Notes: generated by a model not told the origin, from the sequence alone. 64,000 nucleotides of DNA from Bdellovibrionales bacterium (GCA_965217115.1 OZ244239.1:160001-224000), one strand, 5' to 3'; positions 38,312 through 47,466 are shown, counted from the first letter of the stretch. Numbers and translations are program-made.

Positions 38312-38364
38312 TGATCAACCTCCAGACTATCTAAAGTATCACAATTCTAAGTATCACTGGGGTT

Positions 38365-39066
38365 TTACTTTATTTTTTCAAAAATAAATTGACCTATGTA
38401 TTCTCCAGTCCTTCTATGCACACCCTCTTTAAAATCCGTGTCCTGTGAGGAAGAGGTTAACAGAGATATAAACTCTGAAGAATTTGAATTAAAAGAAGTA
38501 AATCTATTTCCAGAATCAGTGCCTGCATCATATAGAGGTAAGTTCAATACTAATTTCCGCTCCCACTGCCCGTTACTATCCAGTAGAGACAGACCATGCA
38601 CACCTACAAACCAGTCAGGACTTGGGGCAATCATACTAATTAAAGTGACTAAGGGGTGAGATTTATTGACATCAAACTCTATAGCTACCGAAGCTGTTCC
38701 AGAAGGTAAACCAGAGCTACTCAATAAAAATTCTGCGAGACCCTTATTTTTCTGCTCTTGAATTTCATCTTTGAAATCCCCCTTTGAACCAGTTTCTGCC
38801 ACAGTTTCTATTCCCTGGGTGGCTAACTGATTTCTCCCCCAAAAGCTCACTTTGCTATTATGGGTCGTCCCTATTAGGCCAGAGAAGTGATCCCTGTTAA
38901 CAGGAAAATGAGTGGGAAATCCACTGACCGTCCAATTGGGCTTAAAAGTGATCCGATAGGTGACATCTGCCTCTATATCTCTATCTGAGGAATTTTTTGC
39001 CTGACAAAGTGCCGCGATAAAAAGAGAAGCAAAAACCCATTTAATAACATACATAGAAACTCCCAA
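38365..39066 (-). CDS. Secreted Spondin_N-domain protein
   Basis: HFSGLIGTTH, AETG, MIAPSPDWFVG and YDAGTDSG motifs. Confidence 0.9.
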   Translation of the reverse strand: MGVSMYVIKWVFASLFIAALCQAKNSSDRDIEADVTYRITFKPNWTVSGFPTHFPVNRDHFSGLIGTTHNSKVSFWGRNQLATQGIETVAETGSKGDFKDEIQEQKNKGLAEFLLSSSGLPSGTASVAIEFDVNKSHPLVTLISMIAPSPDWFVGVHGLSLLDSNGQWERKLVLNLPLYDAGTDSGNRFTSFNSNSSEFISLLTSSSQDTDFKEGVHRRTGEYIGQFIFEKIK

Positions 39067-39370
39067 AGTTTATTTATTTACAATCATAACAGAGACTTTA
39101 TTCTTAGAGAGAAGAAGAAGCAACTAATATCTAATACGAGGCCATAAAGGACAGCTGTCTCCAGTGTTGAGCCCATAGAATGGAGCCTTTTTCTGACGTA
39201 AACCCCATTTGAGTCAACAGGGTTGAGTTTTAAAAAATTTAAGCTTGTAATTTTTTCCAAACTGAACTGCTCTATTGAGAATTTACAGGGAAAACCGTAC
39301 AATGCACTTACTATTAGTGTGTAAAACCTTGGAAAAACCCATTACTTAAACGAAAATTTCGGAGGAAATC

Positions 39371-39775
39371 ATGAAGAGGCAATTTATAAAATTTATTATG
39401 GGCCTTATCTTATGCTCATTGAGTGTTTCATCTGCCTATGCTGACCATTCTGGCGTATTTATGCACCACGATGGGGTGGCAAATCTTATGGAGACCAATG
39501 GAGCTGAAATCGAAAGTCAGTGTATAGACCTGAAGAATGACCTTAAGACAGGGACTTTAGTTGCTTCAACAGCTAATCTTCTCGGCCTATGGAAATTTGG
39601 CTTTGTCATGTCCTATGGAACAGGAGCACTTCTGACCCTGGTTGCTTTATGGTTGGCAGAAAATTCTGATTGTGACTCTGGGAATATAGATCATATTTAT
39701 TACGATGATTTTCCCGAAGAAGACGATGAACATACTGTCTTCCATGGAGAAGACTATAATTGGAATAATAATTAA
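39371..39775 (+). CDS. Hypothetical secreted protein with acidic tail
   Basis: GGAGG SD, signal peptide, hydrophobic hairpin. Confidence 0.75.
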   Translation: MKRQFIKFIMGLILCSLSVSSAYADHSGVFMHHDGVANLMETNGAEIESQCIDLKNDLKTGTLVASTANLLGLWKFGFVMSYGTGALLTLVALWLAENSDCDSGNIDHIYYDDFPEEDDEHTVFHGEDYNWNNN

Positions 39776-39875
39776 GATCTCTGATCTGAAAACCACTGGA
39801 CTTCTAAACTAAGTCCTACACACAAGGACAATAGGTTTCCAACTAAACCAAAGAGCCGTCAACGGTTCTTACGAG

Positions 39876-39908
39876 ACGGGTTGCTAAGAAAAGCAACCCG
39901 TTTTTTTT
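39876..39908 (+). terminator. Intrinsic terminator abutting hairpin copy 3
   Basis: ACGGGTTGCT/AGCAACCCGT stem followed by T8. Confidence 0.75.
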
Positions 39909-40047
39909 CTAGAGTCTCTCCCAAAAGAATCCAGCCCTTTTCTTGCTCAAACATTCGTTTGTCACCTCCTATTGCAGAGAAATGCAATGGAAGTCGCCAA
40001 GCCAAACTCGCCGAAAAGAACTGGATTCTTTTGGGAGAGACTCTAGA
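39908..40047. mobile_element. 140-bp long-hairpin element, copy 3
   Basis: Three substitutions relative to copy 1; same orientation. Confidence 0.8.
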
Positions 40048-40253
40048 AAAAAGGCCGTATTCAATCAATGGGTCAATGGACCTCTTTCTATGACTGACCT
40101 CCATGTGTAACAACGCTGTTATCCATGGATAGTTTTAAAAGAGAGCCCTCAAGATGGGTCTCTTAGGAACAGTTCCACTATTTATCACAAAGAACCTTTT
40201 TTTAATACCACAGAGACAAGATGCGCCCGTTGCCCCTGCTTCCCAGTCCCTAT

Positions 40254-40285
40254 AAAAAAAGAGGCAAATAGAGGCCTCTTTTTTT
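40254..40285. terminator. Bidirectional intrinsic terminator
   Basis: A7-GAGGC-aaatagag-GCCTC-T7. Confidence 0.7.
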
Positions 40286-40320
40286 CTAGCTTTTATGTAT
40301 CAGTAATTCTACTTTTGATT

Positions 40321-40481
40321 TTACTCTTCAAAAGTTCTTAATAACTGTGCTACAGCGTAATTTTTATTCTCGTTTGCGTGCATTAATGCTGTCTCGCCAT
40401 TATCATCTTTAGCCTTCCCATTTGCTCCGCCAACTGCCCGAGAGGCTTTGGGGTTGCCAATGTCCCTTGCCAATTCTCCAT
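40321..40481 (-). pseudogene. Chimeric fragment: 67-bp ogt copy fused in frame to an ankyrin-repeat C-terminus
   Basis: 40415-40481 matches 43026-43092 (1 mismatch) and continues as GKAKDDNGETALMHANENKNYAVAQLL. Confidence 0.75.
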
Positions 40482-40494
40482 TTTAAGGAAGTTC

Positions 40495-41454
40495 CTAGTC
40501 ACACATAGCGTTGCTGTAACAAGAGCTTGGGGTTGCAGTTACAGTGAAGGCCAACCTCTCCTGTAGATATTCGGTCCACTTTTTTAATTTATCAGTGAGG
40601 TGAACCAAAACGAGGGGTGCTGAAGAGTCTTCCATGGGGATACTGATCTCCTCTGTTCTTTGCTCACATTTACGATCGCTGTAGGCCCTGTGGTCTACGG
40701 AGTCACTGTGCCAGCCAAAACCTCCAACAGCGGCATTAAATACAAACGACAGAAACTTCACTGCACTCGCGCCCCCGCCAAAGTGGGTATCATAGTCAGT
40801 ATAAGCAAGGTGCCTATACTCAATGCACTTACTGATTCTATGGGTCCCTTTAAAAGAAAATTTCTCTAAAACATCAAGATTTTTTTGAACTTCAGCCACA
40901 TCAACCCTCTTTTGATCCTCTAATAGTTTGGCTGTAGCGAGCATATATTTAACAGCGGCCGAGGCATAAAGTGAAATACTTATTTGATTGCTGTTAATAT
41001 AATTATTAATTCTAGATTTTAATTCGTCACGGTCCTTTTCTATTTGCTGAACAGAGCGCGATGCCTTATCAGGGTTGCTAGCGACAAAGGTTGTTTGAGA
41101 GGTGCTTTTGTGGTGGCCATAGAGACCCGTAAGTAAAGTCGCAAGAAAAGGTAAAGGCTCGAAACCTAGGAGCAACACACCACCCATGGATTTAGAGGTC
41201 GTTTCAGTGATTGTTTCGTGGAAAAGTGTTTCTAGATGAGTCTCTAGGCTCTCTACAAAATCATTGATTTTCAACTCTTGAGCTGAATGTTTCATTAGAG
41301 AGTGGCTGAGTCGTTGGACTGCCCTCCAATCTTGCTGCGCCTCTAAAGAGTTGATCTGTTCAACATATTCCATCAATTCACTGCCATAGGAGAGAGTTAG
41401 GTTTGCGAACAGAAGTGTCACCATGGGTAAAATTATTTTTATAAAGTTCATCAT
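40495..41454 (-). CDS. Hypothetical secreted protein
   Basis: Signal peptide, AAGGAG SD, two Gly-rich hydrophobic segments. Confidence 0.75.
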   Translation of the reverse strand: MMNFIKIILPMVTLLFANLTLSYGSELMEYVEQINSLEAQQDWRAVQRLSHSLMKHSAQELKINDFVESLETHLETLFHETITETTSKSMGGVLLLGFEPLPFLATLLTGLYGHHKSTSQTTFVASNPDKASRSVQQIEKDRDELKSRINNYINSNQISISLYASAAVKYMLATAKLLEDQKRVDVAEVQKNLDVLEKFSFKGTHRISKCIEYRHLAYTDYDTHFGGGASAVKFLSFVFNAAVGGFGWHSDSVDHRAYSDRKCEQRTEEISIPMEDSSAPLVLVHLTDKLKKWTEYLQERLAFTVTATPSSCYSNAMCD

Positions 41455-41532
41455 TAAATCTCCTTGTTATTGTTTTGCACATCCACGACAAGCAAAATTC
41501 TTTTTAGAATGATTATTTCATTCTCCCTTTAC

Positions 41533-42666
41533 TTAATTCCTAACTGCATTCAGGCATTTCCTTGAGAAAGCGCTTTTGTCATTTGCATAGAAAGGACCTA
41601 AACCGTATTGGCAATCTGCTATGGTGAGTATACTTTTATACTTATTTAGACAAGAAACGGCATGGTCATACATAGCCGATTGATACATACCCCCTTGCAG
41701 ATCTCTGCATGTAAAGTACTTTTTTCTATGTTTTTCTAATCTTCTTTTTCTCCGTTCTGATGGTAGTTGCTTTCTATACTCCTCCGCATCTTTCTTCAAT
41801 TCTTCTGTTTTTATTTTGTGCCGAGCGAGCTTGCCCTCTTTATACTCGCCTAATTTTTCAATATAAGTCTGCTCTGTAAACTTAAGCTCTTTGGTACTCA
41901 CAGCTGTATCTAATAACACTAAATTAAATATATCTGAGTGATCTATGTTCACAACATCGTCATCAAATAATAAAAACGATGCTTTTGTTCCCATAGACTG
42001 CACAAGTTCTTGGTCAACTATGTATATAGGGATGTATTGTGCAGACAATAGCTTTGCTGTTACATTTTTTATAGTAGATGCGTAGATGCTCTCTGAGATT
42101 TTCATTGCTTGCTGAATATAGGCTTTAACATAAAAAGATCTTATTTGTTTAAAGGCGTTTAATAATTCCAAATAATTTCCATGGGCAGATTTTTCAATGG
42201 CGATGATAATTTTGTTTTGTTTGTTCAGACTAAGATCTTGGAATTTTTTTCCTAAATCTTTAATACCCAATACACCTGACACTAAAATAGGTTGGGACAC
42301 TGTTGAGTAGGGGCTCATTCCCGTTTTAGATTTTAAATCTTTTAAAACTGTTTTACTTTTTATTATGGCTTCACCAAACTCTTTCTCTTTAATAAGCCGT
42401 CTAACGGTCTCTAAAGCTTCTTCAAGGGTGTTCCTAAACTCCCCCATCTCAACCTCAGGATAAGAGCTTGGGGCCATCTTTATTCTAGGAACTGGCTTTT
42501 TAGAAGTGTATCTGTCACTGAATATGTCACTAAATATATCGGTTTCACAATCCGAAGGGTCGTAATTTCTTCCTGCCCTGTGGCCATTATCACAGTCAGA
42601 TGCAGAGGATGTTACAGGCATTAAAGCCGCCAAAGCCAGTAGCCCTATAAAAAATATTTTTTCCAT
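41533..42666 (-). CDS. Hypothetical secreted protein with Cys-rich termini
   Basis: Signal peptide, AAGGAG SD, helical/coiled-coil character. Confidence 0.75.
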   Translation of the reverse strand: MEKIFFIGLLALAALMPVTSSASDCDNGHRAGRNYDPSDCETDIFSDIFSDRYTSKKPVPRIKMAPSSYPEVEMGEFRNTLEEALETVRRLIKEKEFGEAIIKSKTVLKDLKSKTGMSPYSTVSQPILVSGVLGIKDLGKKFQDLSLNKQNKIIIAIEKSAHGNYLELLNAFKQIRSFYVKAYIQQAMKISESIYASTIKNVTAKLLSAQYIPIYIVDQELVQSMGTKASFLLFDDDVVNIDHSDIFNLVLLDTAVSTKELKFTEQTYIEKLGEYKEGKLARHKIKTEELKKDAEEYRKQLPSERRKRRLEKHRKKYFTCRDLQGGMYQSAMYDHAVSCLNKYKSILTIADCQYGLGPFYANDKSAFSRKCLNAVRN

Positions 42667-42889
42667 TTTAATCTCCTTAAAATAAGAGGGGTTATTTAGT
42701 CGTTTGAATAATATTTCTTCTTAATACGGTGAGCTATAATCAAGTGCGGAGTATTTTGCAAAGTTCCCATGATACTTCTGTCCGGTCTTTTCTCGAACAG
42801 ATAGAAATTACAAAGGAATTGGATAAATGACAGAAGCTAGCCCAAAGAGGTCAATCTCTCTAAAAAAAAAACCAACAGCCCAGAGTCAT

Positions 42890-43384
42890 CTATAGGGAAT
42901 TCTGATCCCTTGAATTTTCAAAATCCAAGAGGTGAGATTTAATATCGAGCCCACCGGCAAAACCTGTCAGTCCACCGCTAGCCCCAATAACTCTATGGCA
43001 AGGAATTATTATTGAGATGGGGTTTTTCCCATTTGCTCCGCCAACTGCCCGAGAGGCTTTGGGGTTGCCAATGTCCCTTGCCAGTTCTCCATAACTCATG
43101 GTTTTACCAAAAGGAATTTTTTTTAGCTGATTCCAAACCTTCAATTGAAAATCTGTTCCCTTTGGGTCTAAAGGAGTGGAAAACGTCGTCCTTCTCCCAT
43201 TGAAATACTCATTAATTTCAGCTTCTGCTTGGATGAGTATCCTGTTATTAGGGTCACGAGTCTCAAGTTTTACCTGAACTCTATCTAAACTATCACCCTC
43301 CCAAAGTATCCCAGACAATCCTTCACTGCTAGCGATCAAAGTCAGTTCCCCAACAGGCGATTTCATTTTTTTAAAACAGCTCAC
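42890..43384 (-). CDS. ogt: Methylated-DNA--protein-cysteine methyltransferase
   Basis: GTDFQLKVW, SYGELA, RAVG and IPCHRV motifs. Confidence 0.95.
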   Translation of the reverse strand: MSCFKKMKSPVGELTLIASSEGLSGILWEGDSLDRVQVKLETRDPNNRILIQAEAEINEYFNGRRTTFSTPLDPKGTDFQLKVWNQLKKIPFGKTMSYGELARDIGNPKASRAVGGANGKNPISIIIPCHRVIGASGGLTGFAGGLDIKSHLLDFENSRDQNSL

Positions 43385-43476
43385 AATCCCCGCCCCTTTT
43401 CTTTAGACACTGACTTAATTATCTATTTCTGCTATATTATAGTTATTTAATATTTAAGAATTCAAGGAAATACCGA

Positions 43477-43727
43477 ATGGCGAATATGAAAACAGATGCA
43501 CCAGGAGTTCATATAATTCCTTGTTCTAATTTAAAGGATTTTACGCATCTTATTCCCAAGTAGATGAAATAAATGACCACCAAGATTATATCAATAAATA
43601 CACTCTCCCAATGAGCGAACGAGAAGATATCCTGAAAGAATTAGACAGTATGAACATAAATGCGTTTACGCTCCTTGGAACAGAAGACTCTCTCATGGAA
43701 ACTCTCGCCTTTAGATATTTTACTTAA
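43477..43727 (+). pseudogene. Internally deleted FRG-domain-type gene
   Basis: SD plus ATG reading 28 aa to a stop; second frame ER.DILKELDSMNINAFTLLGTEDSLMETLA resembles FRG-protein C-termini. Confidence 0.6.
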
Positions 43728-43746
43728 ATTCGTGCACACGCTTAAT

Positions 43747-43823
43747 TGGTGGAGGTACAGAGGTCTGGCCTGCGAGCTCAGCGCTCTGGCAGCGTTGAGT
43801 TCTCCCAACGGGGCTACACCCCC
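43747..43823 (-). pseudogene. Degenerate full-length copy of tRNA-Ala(GGC), likely att remnant
   Basis: Colinear with 50206-50281 (TGGTGGAGGT...CCTGCGA...CAGCGTTG...TCTCCCAAC...GCTACACCCCC); T-loop and anticodon loop disrupted. Confidence 0.82.
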
Positions 43824-43878
43824 TTAAAATGAAGGTATGGAGGGGTTTAAAGAAAATATTGATTTGCCGTGATTTTCC

Positions 43879-43907
43879 TTTACAATATAACGATTTCGTT
43901 ATATTGT
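43879..43907 (+). promoter_or_regulatory. TA operon promoter with overlapping palindromic operator
   Basis: TTTACA-N17-TATTGT overlapped by the perfect inverted repeat ACAATATAACGA-tt-TCGTTATATTGT (43882-43907). Confidence 0.75.
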
Positions 43908-43914
43908 TATTTTT

Positions 43915-44229
43915 GTGAGTATTGAAATCTTAAACCAAGCAGGTCGAGAGCTGAAAGAATTCCCAAAGAAAACTCTCATCGATGTCTATTCTTTGTTTAA
44001 GGACTTAGAAGATGGCAAGAATCTCTCCATGCCTATTTCAAGGCCCCTCCCCTCCATCGCTAAGGGCCTGCATGAACTGAGATTGAACTACGAAAATAGT
44101 ATCTACAGGGTTTTTTATATCGTTAAAATCAAAGATGTTATTTATGTGATTCATGGAGTTAAGAAGAAAACACGAAAGATCGATAAGAAAACCAAAGACT
44201 TACTTTTAACCAGAATTAGGAGTTTGTAA
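43915..44229 (+). CDS. RelE/HigB-family toxin (toxin-first TA)
   Basis: LSMPISRPL, GLHELRL, YRVFY and IHG..KKT motifs. Confidence 0.88.
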   Translation: MSIEILNQAGRELKEFPKKTLIDVYSLFKDLEDGKNLSMPISRPLPSIAKGLHELRLNYENSIYRVFYIVKIKDVIYVIHGVKKKTRKIDKKTKDLLLTRIRSL

Positions 44230-44320
44230 AAAATGAAAATAGAAACCTATAGATCTATAAAAGATTTCGGTCTTTCTGATATCACACTTAGCTTTAACCA
44301 GAACCAGGAGTTTGTAAAAA

Positions 44321-44611
44321 ATGAAAACAAAAACCTACAAATCAGCAAAAGATTTTGCCAAAGACTTTGGTCTCTCTGACATTGAAATAGCTCTTATTAA
44401 TGAAAAAAAGAAACTCATCGAGAAGCTTATCGCCGAAAGAGGCAAACTCAAACTCTCCCAAGCTGCCGTTGCAAAACTTATCGCCAGCAAACAACCAGCT
44501 ATTGCTCGTATGGAGTCTGGACAAATCAGTGAGGTTAGTATGGATTTTCTACTAAAAGTAGCCTTTGCCCTGCAAGTTAATATCTCTATGAAACCCAAGA
44601 AGGTCGGCTAG
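44321..44611 (+). CDS. Xre/HigA-type HTH antitoxin
   Basis: LSQAAVAKLIASKQPAIARMESG. Confidence 0.88.
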   Translation: MKTKTYKSAKDFAKDFGLSDIEIALINEKKKLIEKLIAERGKLKLSQAAVAKLIASKQPAIARMESGQISEVSMDFLLKVAFALQVNISMKPKKVG

Positions 44612-44708
44612 GTTTTTTTAAAAAACCAATGCCAGAAAATTGGCCAAGAGATTTACAACAAAATACTTAAATAATAAAACCCAGTTTACTCTGGACCCCA
44701 TGGGGCAA

Positions 44709-45515
44709 TTAAAACTGGTAGCTTAAACCAGCCGCGAGGCTTCTTGTGTCATAGAAAACTTTTTTGTCTGTATAGGAGGCAGTGCCCCAGCTTGGAGACA
44801 ATTCAATGCTGGCAAAATAATTAAAACCCCTCTGTCTATAGGTGGCCACTTCCACTCCTATAACTCCACCAAATAAAGAGGCATCTCTTGTCTCCTCTAT
44901 GGAGGGGTCAGTGTTTGGTGGCAAAAAATCCTTCGAAATTTTAATGTCTCCCTGGAGAAATTGAAAACCTCCATATACAGACCATAAAGGATTCAGTCTA
45001 TAACCCCAAATATTGGCAACAGAAAACCCTTTGCTTTCTATATGAAGATTATACTCATCATCTTTGCAAAGATAAAAAAATCTATCCTCACAGTTTCTAC
45101 CCGTTACGAGTCCAACAAAGGCGCGAAGCCGTACAGAACCACTCCACAATTCATCCTTGCTGTAAATACTGTGCTGGGGCAAACCTAGATATTGATATTT
45201 AAAACCAATGACAGACAACCGTCCCCTTTGTCCCAGGCTACTTAGTCGCTCTAGCTCTAGATCTATAGAATTAGTTAAACCGTATGCAAGCTGAAAACCT
45301 GTCATCCCATTGGTTTCCCCATCATCTTCGGGCTCACTGATGTCTTTGTTCGTAGAAAAAATTGCTGGAGCAGTCCCCAACAACACACTCCCCTGCAAAG
45401 TGCCTTTCTTTAAAGATCGTGAAGAGCCTACCTGATGAACTGGCAATAATGCCGCACATGCAGTTAAAAAATAGCCTGAAAATACAACGAGCAATAACCT
45501 ATTAAACACACTCAT
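44709..45515 (-). CDS. Hypothetical lipoprotein / outer-membrane beta-barrel
   Basis: LTAC lipobox; beta-strand pattern ending in YQF. Confidence 0.65.
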   Translation of the reverse strand: MSVFNRLLLVVFSGYFLTACAALLPVHQVGSSRSLKKGTLQGSVLLGTAPAIFSTNKDISEPEDDGETNGMTGFQLAYGLTNSIDLELERLSSLGQRGRLSVIGFKYQYLGLPQHSIYSKDELWSGSVRLRAFVGLVTGRNCEDRFFYLCKDDEYNLHIESKGFSVANIWGYRLNPLWSVYGGFQFLQGDIKISKDFLPPNTDPSIEETRDASLFGGVIGVEVATYRQRGFNYFASIELSPSWGTASYTDKKVFYDTRSLAAGLSYQF

Positions 45516-45926
45516 ACTCCTTAAAAAAATTTCCCTCCCACTGGGGAGGTTTTGTTTTTAGAGTCAAAGACCAGAGCTGTTTACTCACACAACACGAGTG
45601 CAGTATCAAGAATTATCTAAGGACAGTGTAAAAGATACTACAGCCGTTTGGGTTCCAGGGAGATATCTCTTCAATGCACCCCCTATATTATTATTACTCG
45701 AAGCACAACGGGAAGCATTGGTCGTTGTAAAGGACTCTTCATAGGGTCTTAATTTTTCTTTTACTAAAAATCATCACTGCCCCCTAAATTTTAAAGAGTT
45801 TGGGCTTGTAATTTTTTCTAAATTAGCCAATTCCATTGATTATTTTCTGAGTGAGGTAGAAGTTATTTAATTAAAGAAACTGTGGGCAAAATTCACGGTA
45901 GAACCATTAAATTTCTGAGTGGGTAA

Positions 45927-46487
45927 ATGGATAAAAAATATTTGTCAGAACATTTAATTGGAAACCGTATTTGCCTAAAGAAGCATGATATGTCTTTGAA
46001 CCAGACAATGTTTGATTACGTAGATGAGGATCGTCAAAGACTAGGTCACTTTTTGACATGGGTGAAAGATATTAAGACAGTTGAAGATACAAAAGAATAT
46101 ATTGAGAGCACCCATGGGAGGTGGGATAATTACTCTTACTTCGAATATGGTATCTTTCAAAAAAGTGATGATCTTTATATAGGGAATATTGGGGTTCATG
46201 CCATTAGATGGAGTCATAATTGTGCAGAGTTAGGTTACTGGATTCTTGGCAAATTTGAAGGGCAGGGATACATGTCAGAAGCAGTTATGCTTATTGAAAG
46301 TCACTTGTTTGAGTTAGGGTTTCATAGAGTCCAAATACGTTGCTCTGATTTGAATAGCAGATCAGCAGGAGTTCCGATAAGGTGTGATTACCATTTTGAA
46401 GGCACTGCAAGAGAAGATGCCATTGAAAATGGAAAGTATAGAAATACAAAAACCTTCTCCAAACTTTCGACAGATAAACCTAGATAA
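45927..46487 (+). CDS. RimL-like GNAT N-acetyltransferase
   Basis: AELGYWI...EGQGYMSEA, N.RS and EGTARE motifs. Confidence 0.9.
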   Translation: MDKKYLSEHLIGNRICLKKHDMSLNQTMFDYVDEDRQRLGHFLTWVKDIKTVEDTKEYIESTHGRWDNYSYFEYGIFQKSDDLYIGNIGVHAIRWSHNCAELGYWILGKFEGQGYMSEAVMLIESHLFELGFHRVQIRCSDLNSRSAGVPIRCDYHFEGTAREDAIENGKYRNTKTFSKLSTDKPR

Positions 46488-46505
46488 ATAACCAACCTCA
46501 ACTCT

Positions 46506-46543
46506 AAAAAAAAGAGGCTATGATTTAATTTGTAGCCTCTTTT
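46506..46543. terminator. Bidirectional terminator between convergent genes
   Basis: AAAAGAGGCTA...TAGCCTCTTTT. Confidence 0.65.
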
Positions 46544-46594
46544 ATTTTTAGACCTCTGGCCTTTGCCCTGAGATGTGATTTTTAGATCTTTCAC

Positions 46595-47299
46595 TCATTT
46601 AATTAACCCTTTTAAGTACATTTTTCTACGGGCTTCAGGGAATTTTTCAATGGAATAGCGTAGCATAGTTCTTGGCATTGTCTGATAGTGCTTTTTTAAA
46701 AACGCTTCAAGCTTTTTTAAATCTTTTTTACCCGCCTCTCTCAACATCCAGCCGACAGCTTTATGGATGAGATCATGTTCATCTTTTAGGAGGACTTTAG
46801 CGATTTTAAAAACATCTTTTAAATCGCCATTACGGACAAACCACCAATTTGTCACCATAGCAATTCTTCTTGTCCATAAATGATCTGATTTTGCCCATTT
46901 GTAGAGAACAGACCGATCTCTATTCATTAGATGTTTACCGATTATGTGGGGGCAGGTGACATCAACGAGGTCCCAACTATTGATGTATTTAAAACTGCTT
47001 AAATACACCTTGTAAACCCTCCCTTGCTCTTTTGAATCCAACGATTCCTTGTACTTGCCTGTTAAAATAATCAACCCTAATAATCTCTCTTCGTGATACT
47101 TTGATTTAATTAATTTTTTTACATCAAGAAGATTTATATCAGTATTGACCTTGGCTAATTCGCGAATGACTGGAGCCCTGACTCCGAGGAAAACATCACC
47201 ATGCCCATATTCACCCTCTCCTGTTTTAAAAAAATAGGCGCTCTGCTCGGCAATTTTTTTATTCGCTAATTTTCGCAATTCATTTTGAATTCTTATCAC
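46595..47299 (-). CDS. DNA alkylation repair protein (AlkD family); start uncertain (GTG 47299)
   Basis: FFKTGEGEYG.GD.FLGV, NSWDLVD and HKAVGWMLRE motifs. Confidence 0.9.
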   Translation of the reverse strand: MIRIQNELRKLANKKIAEQSAYFFKTGEGEYGHGDVFLGVRAPVIRELAKVNTDINLLDVKKLIKSKYHEERLLGLIILTGKYKESLDSKEQGRVYKVYLSSFKYINSWDLVDVTCPHIIGKHLMNRDRSVLYKWAKSDHLWTRRIAMVTNWWFVRNGDLKDVFKIAKVLLKDEHDLIHKAVGWMLREAGKKDLKKLEAFLKKHYQTMPRTMLRYSIEKFPEARRKMYLKGLIK

Positions 47300-47307
47300 T
47301 TGATCTC

Positions 47308-47466
47308 TCAAAGACCACCACACTCATTACGCCAACGGACAACAGTCTGTGGGATTACTCCTACTTTCTCAGCAGCTTGATCGAGTTTCAGGCCCCCGCC
47401 TTGCTCAATCTCAACTGTCCGTAAATCTTGAATAATCTGCTCTGGGGTAAAACCCTTCCCTGGCAT
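47308..47466 (-). mobile_element. IS3-family transposase OrfA N-terminal remnant
   Basis: MPGKGFTPEQII....QTVVRWRNECGGL HTH followed by a stop; no OrfB. Confidence 0.75.
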
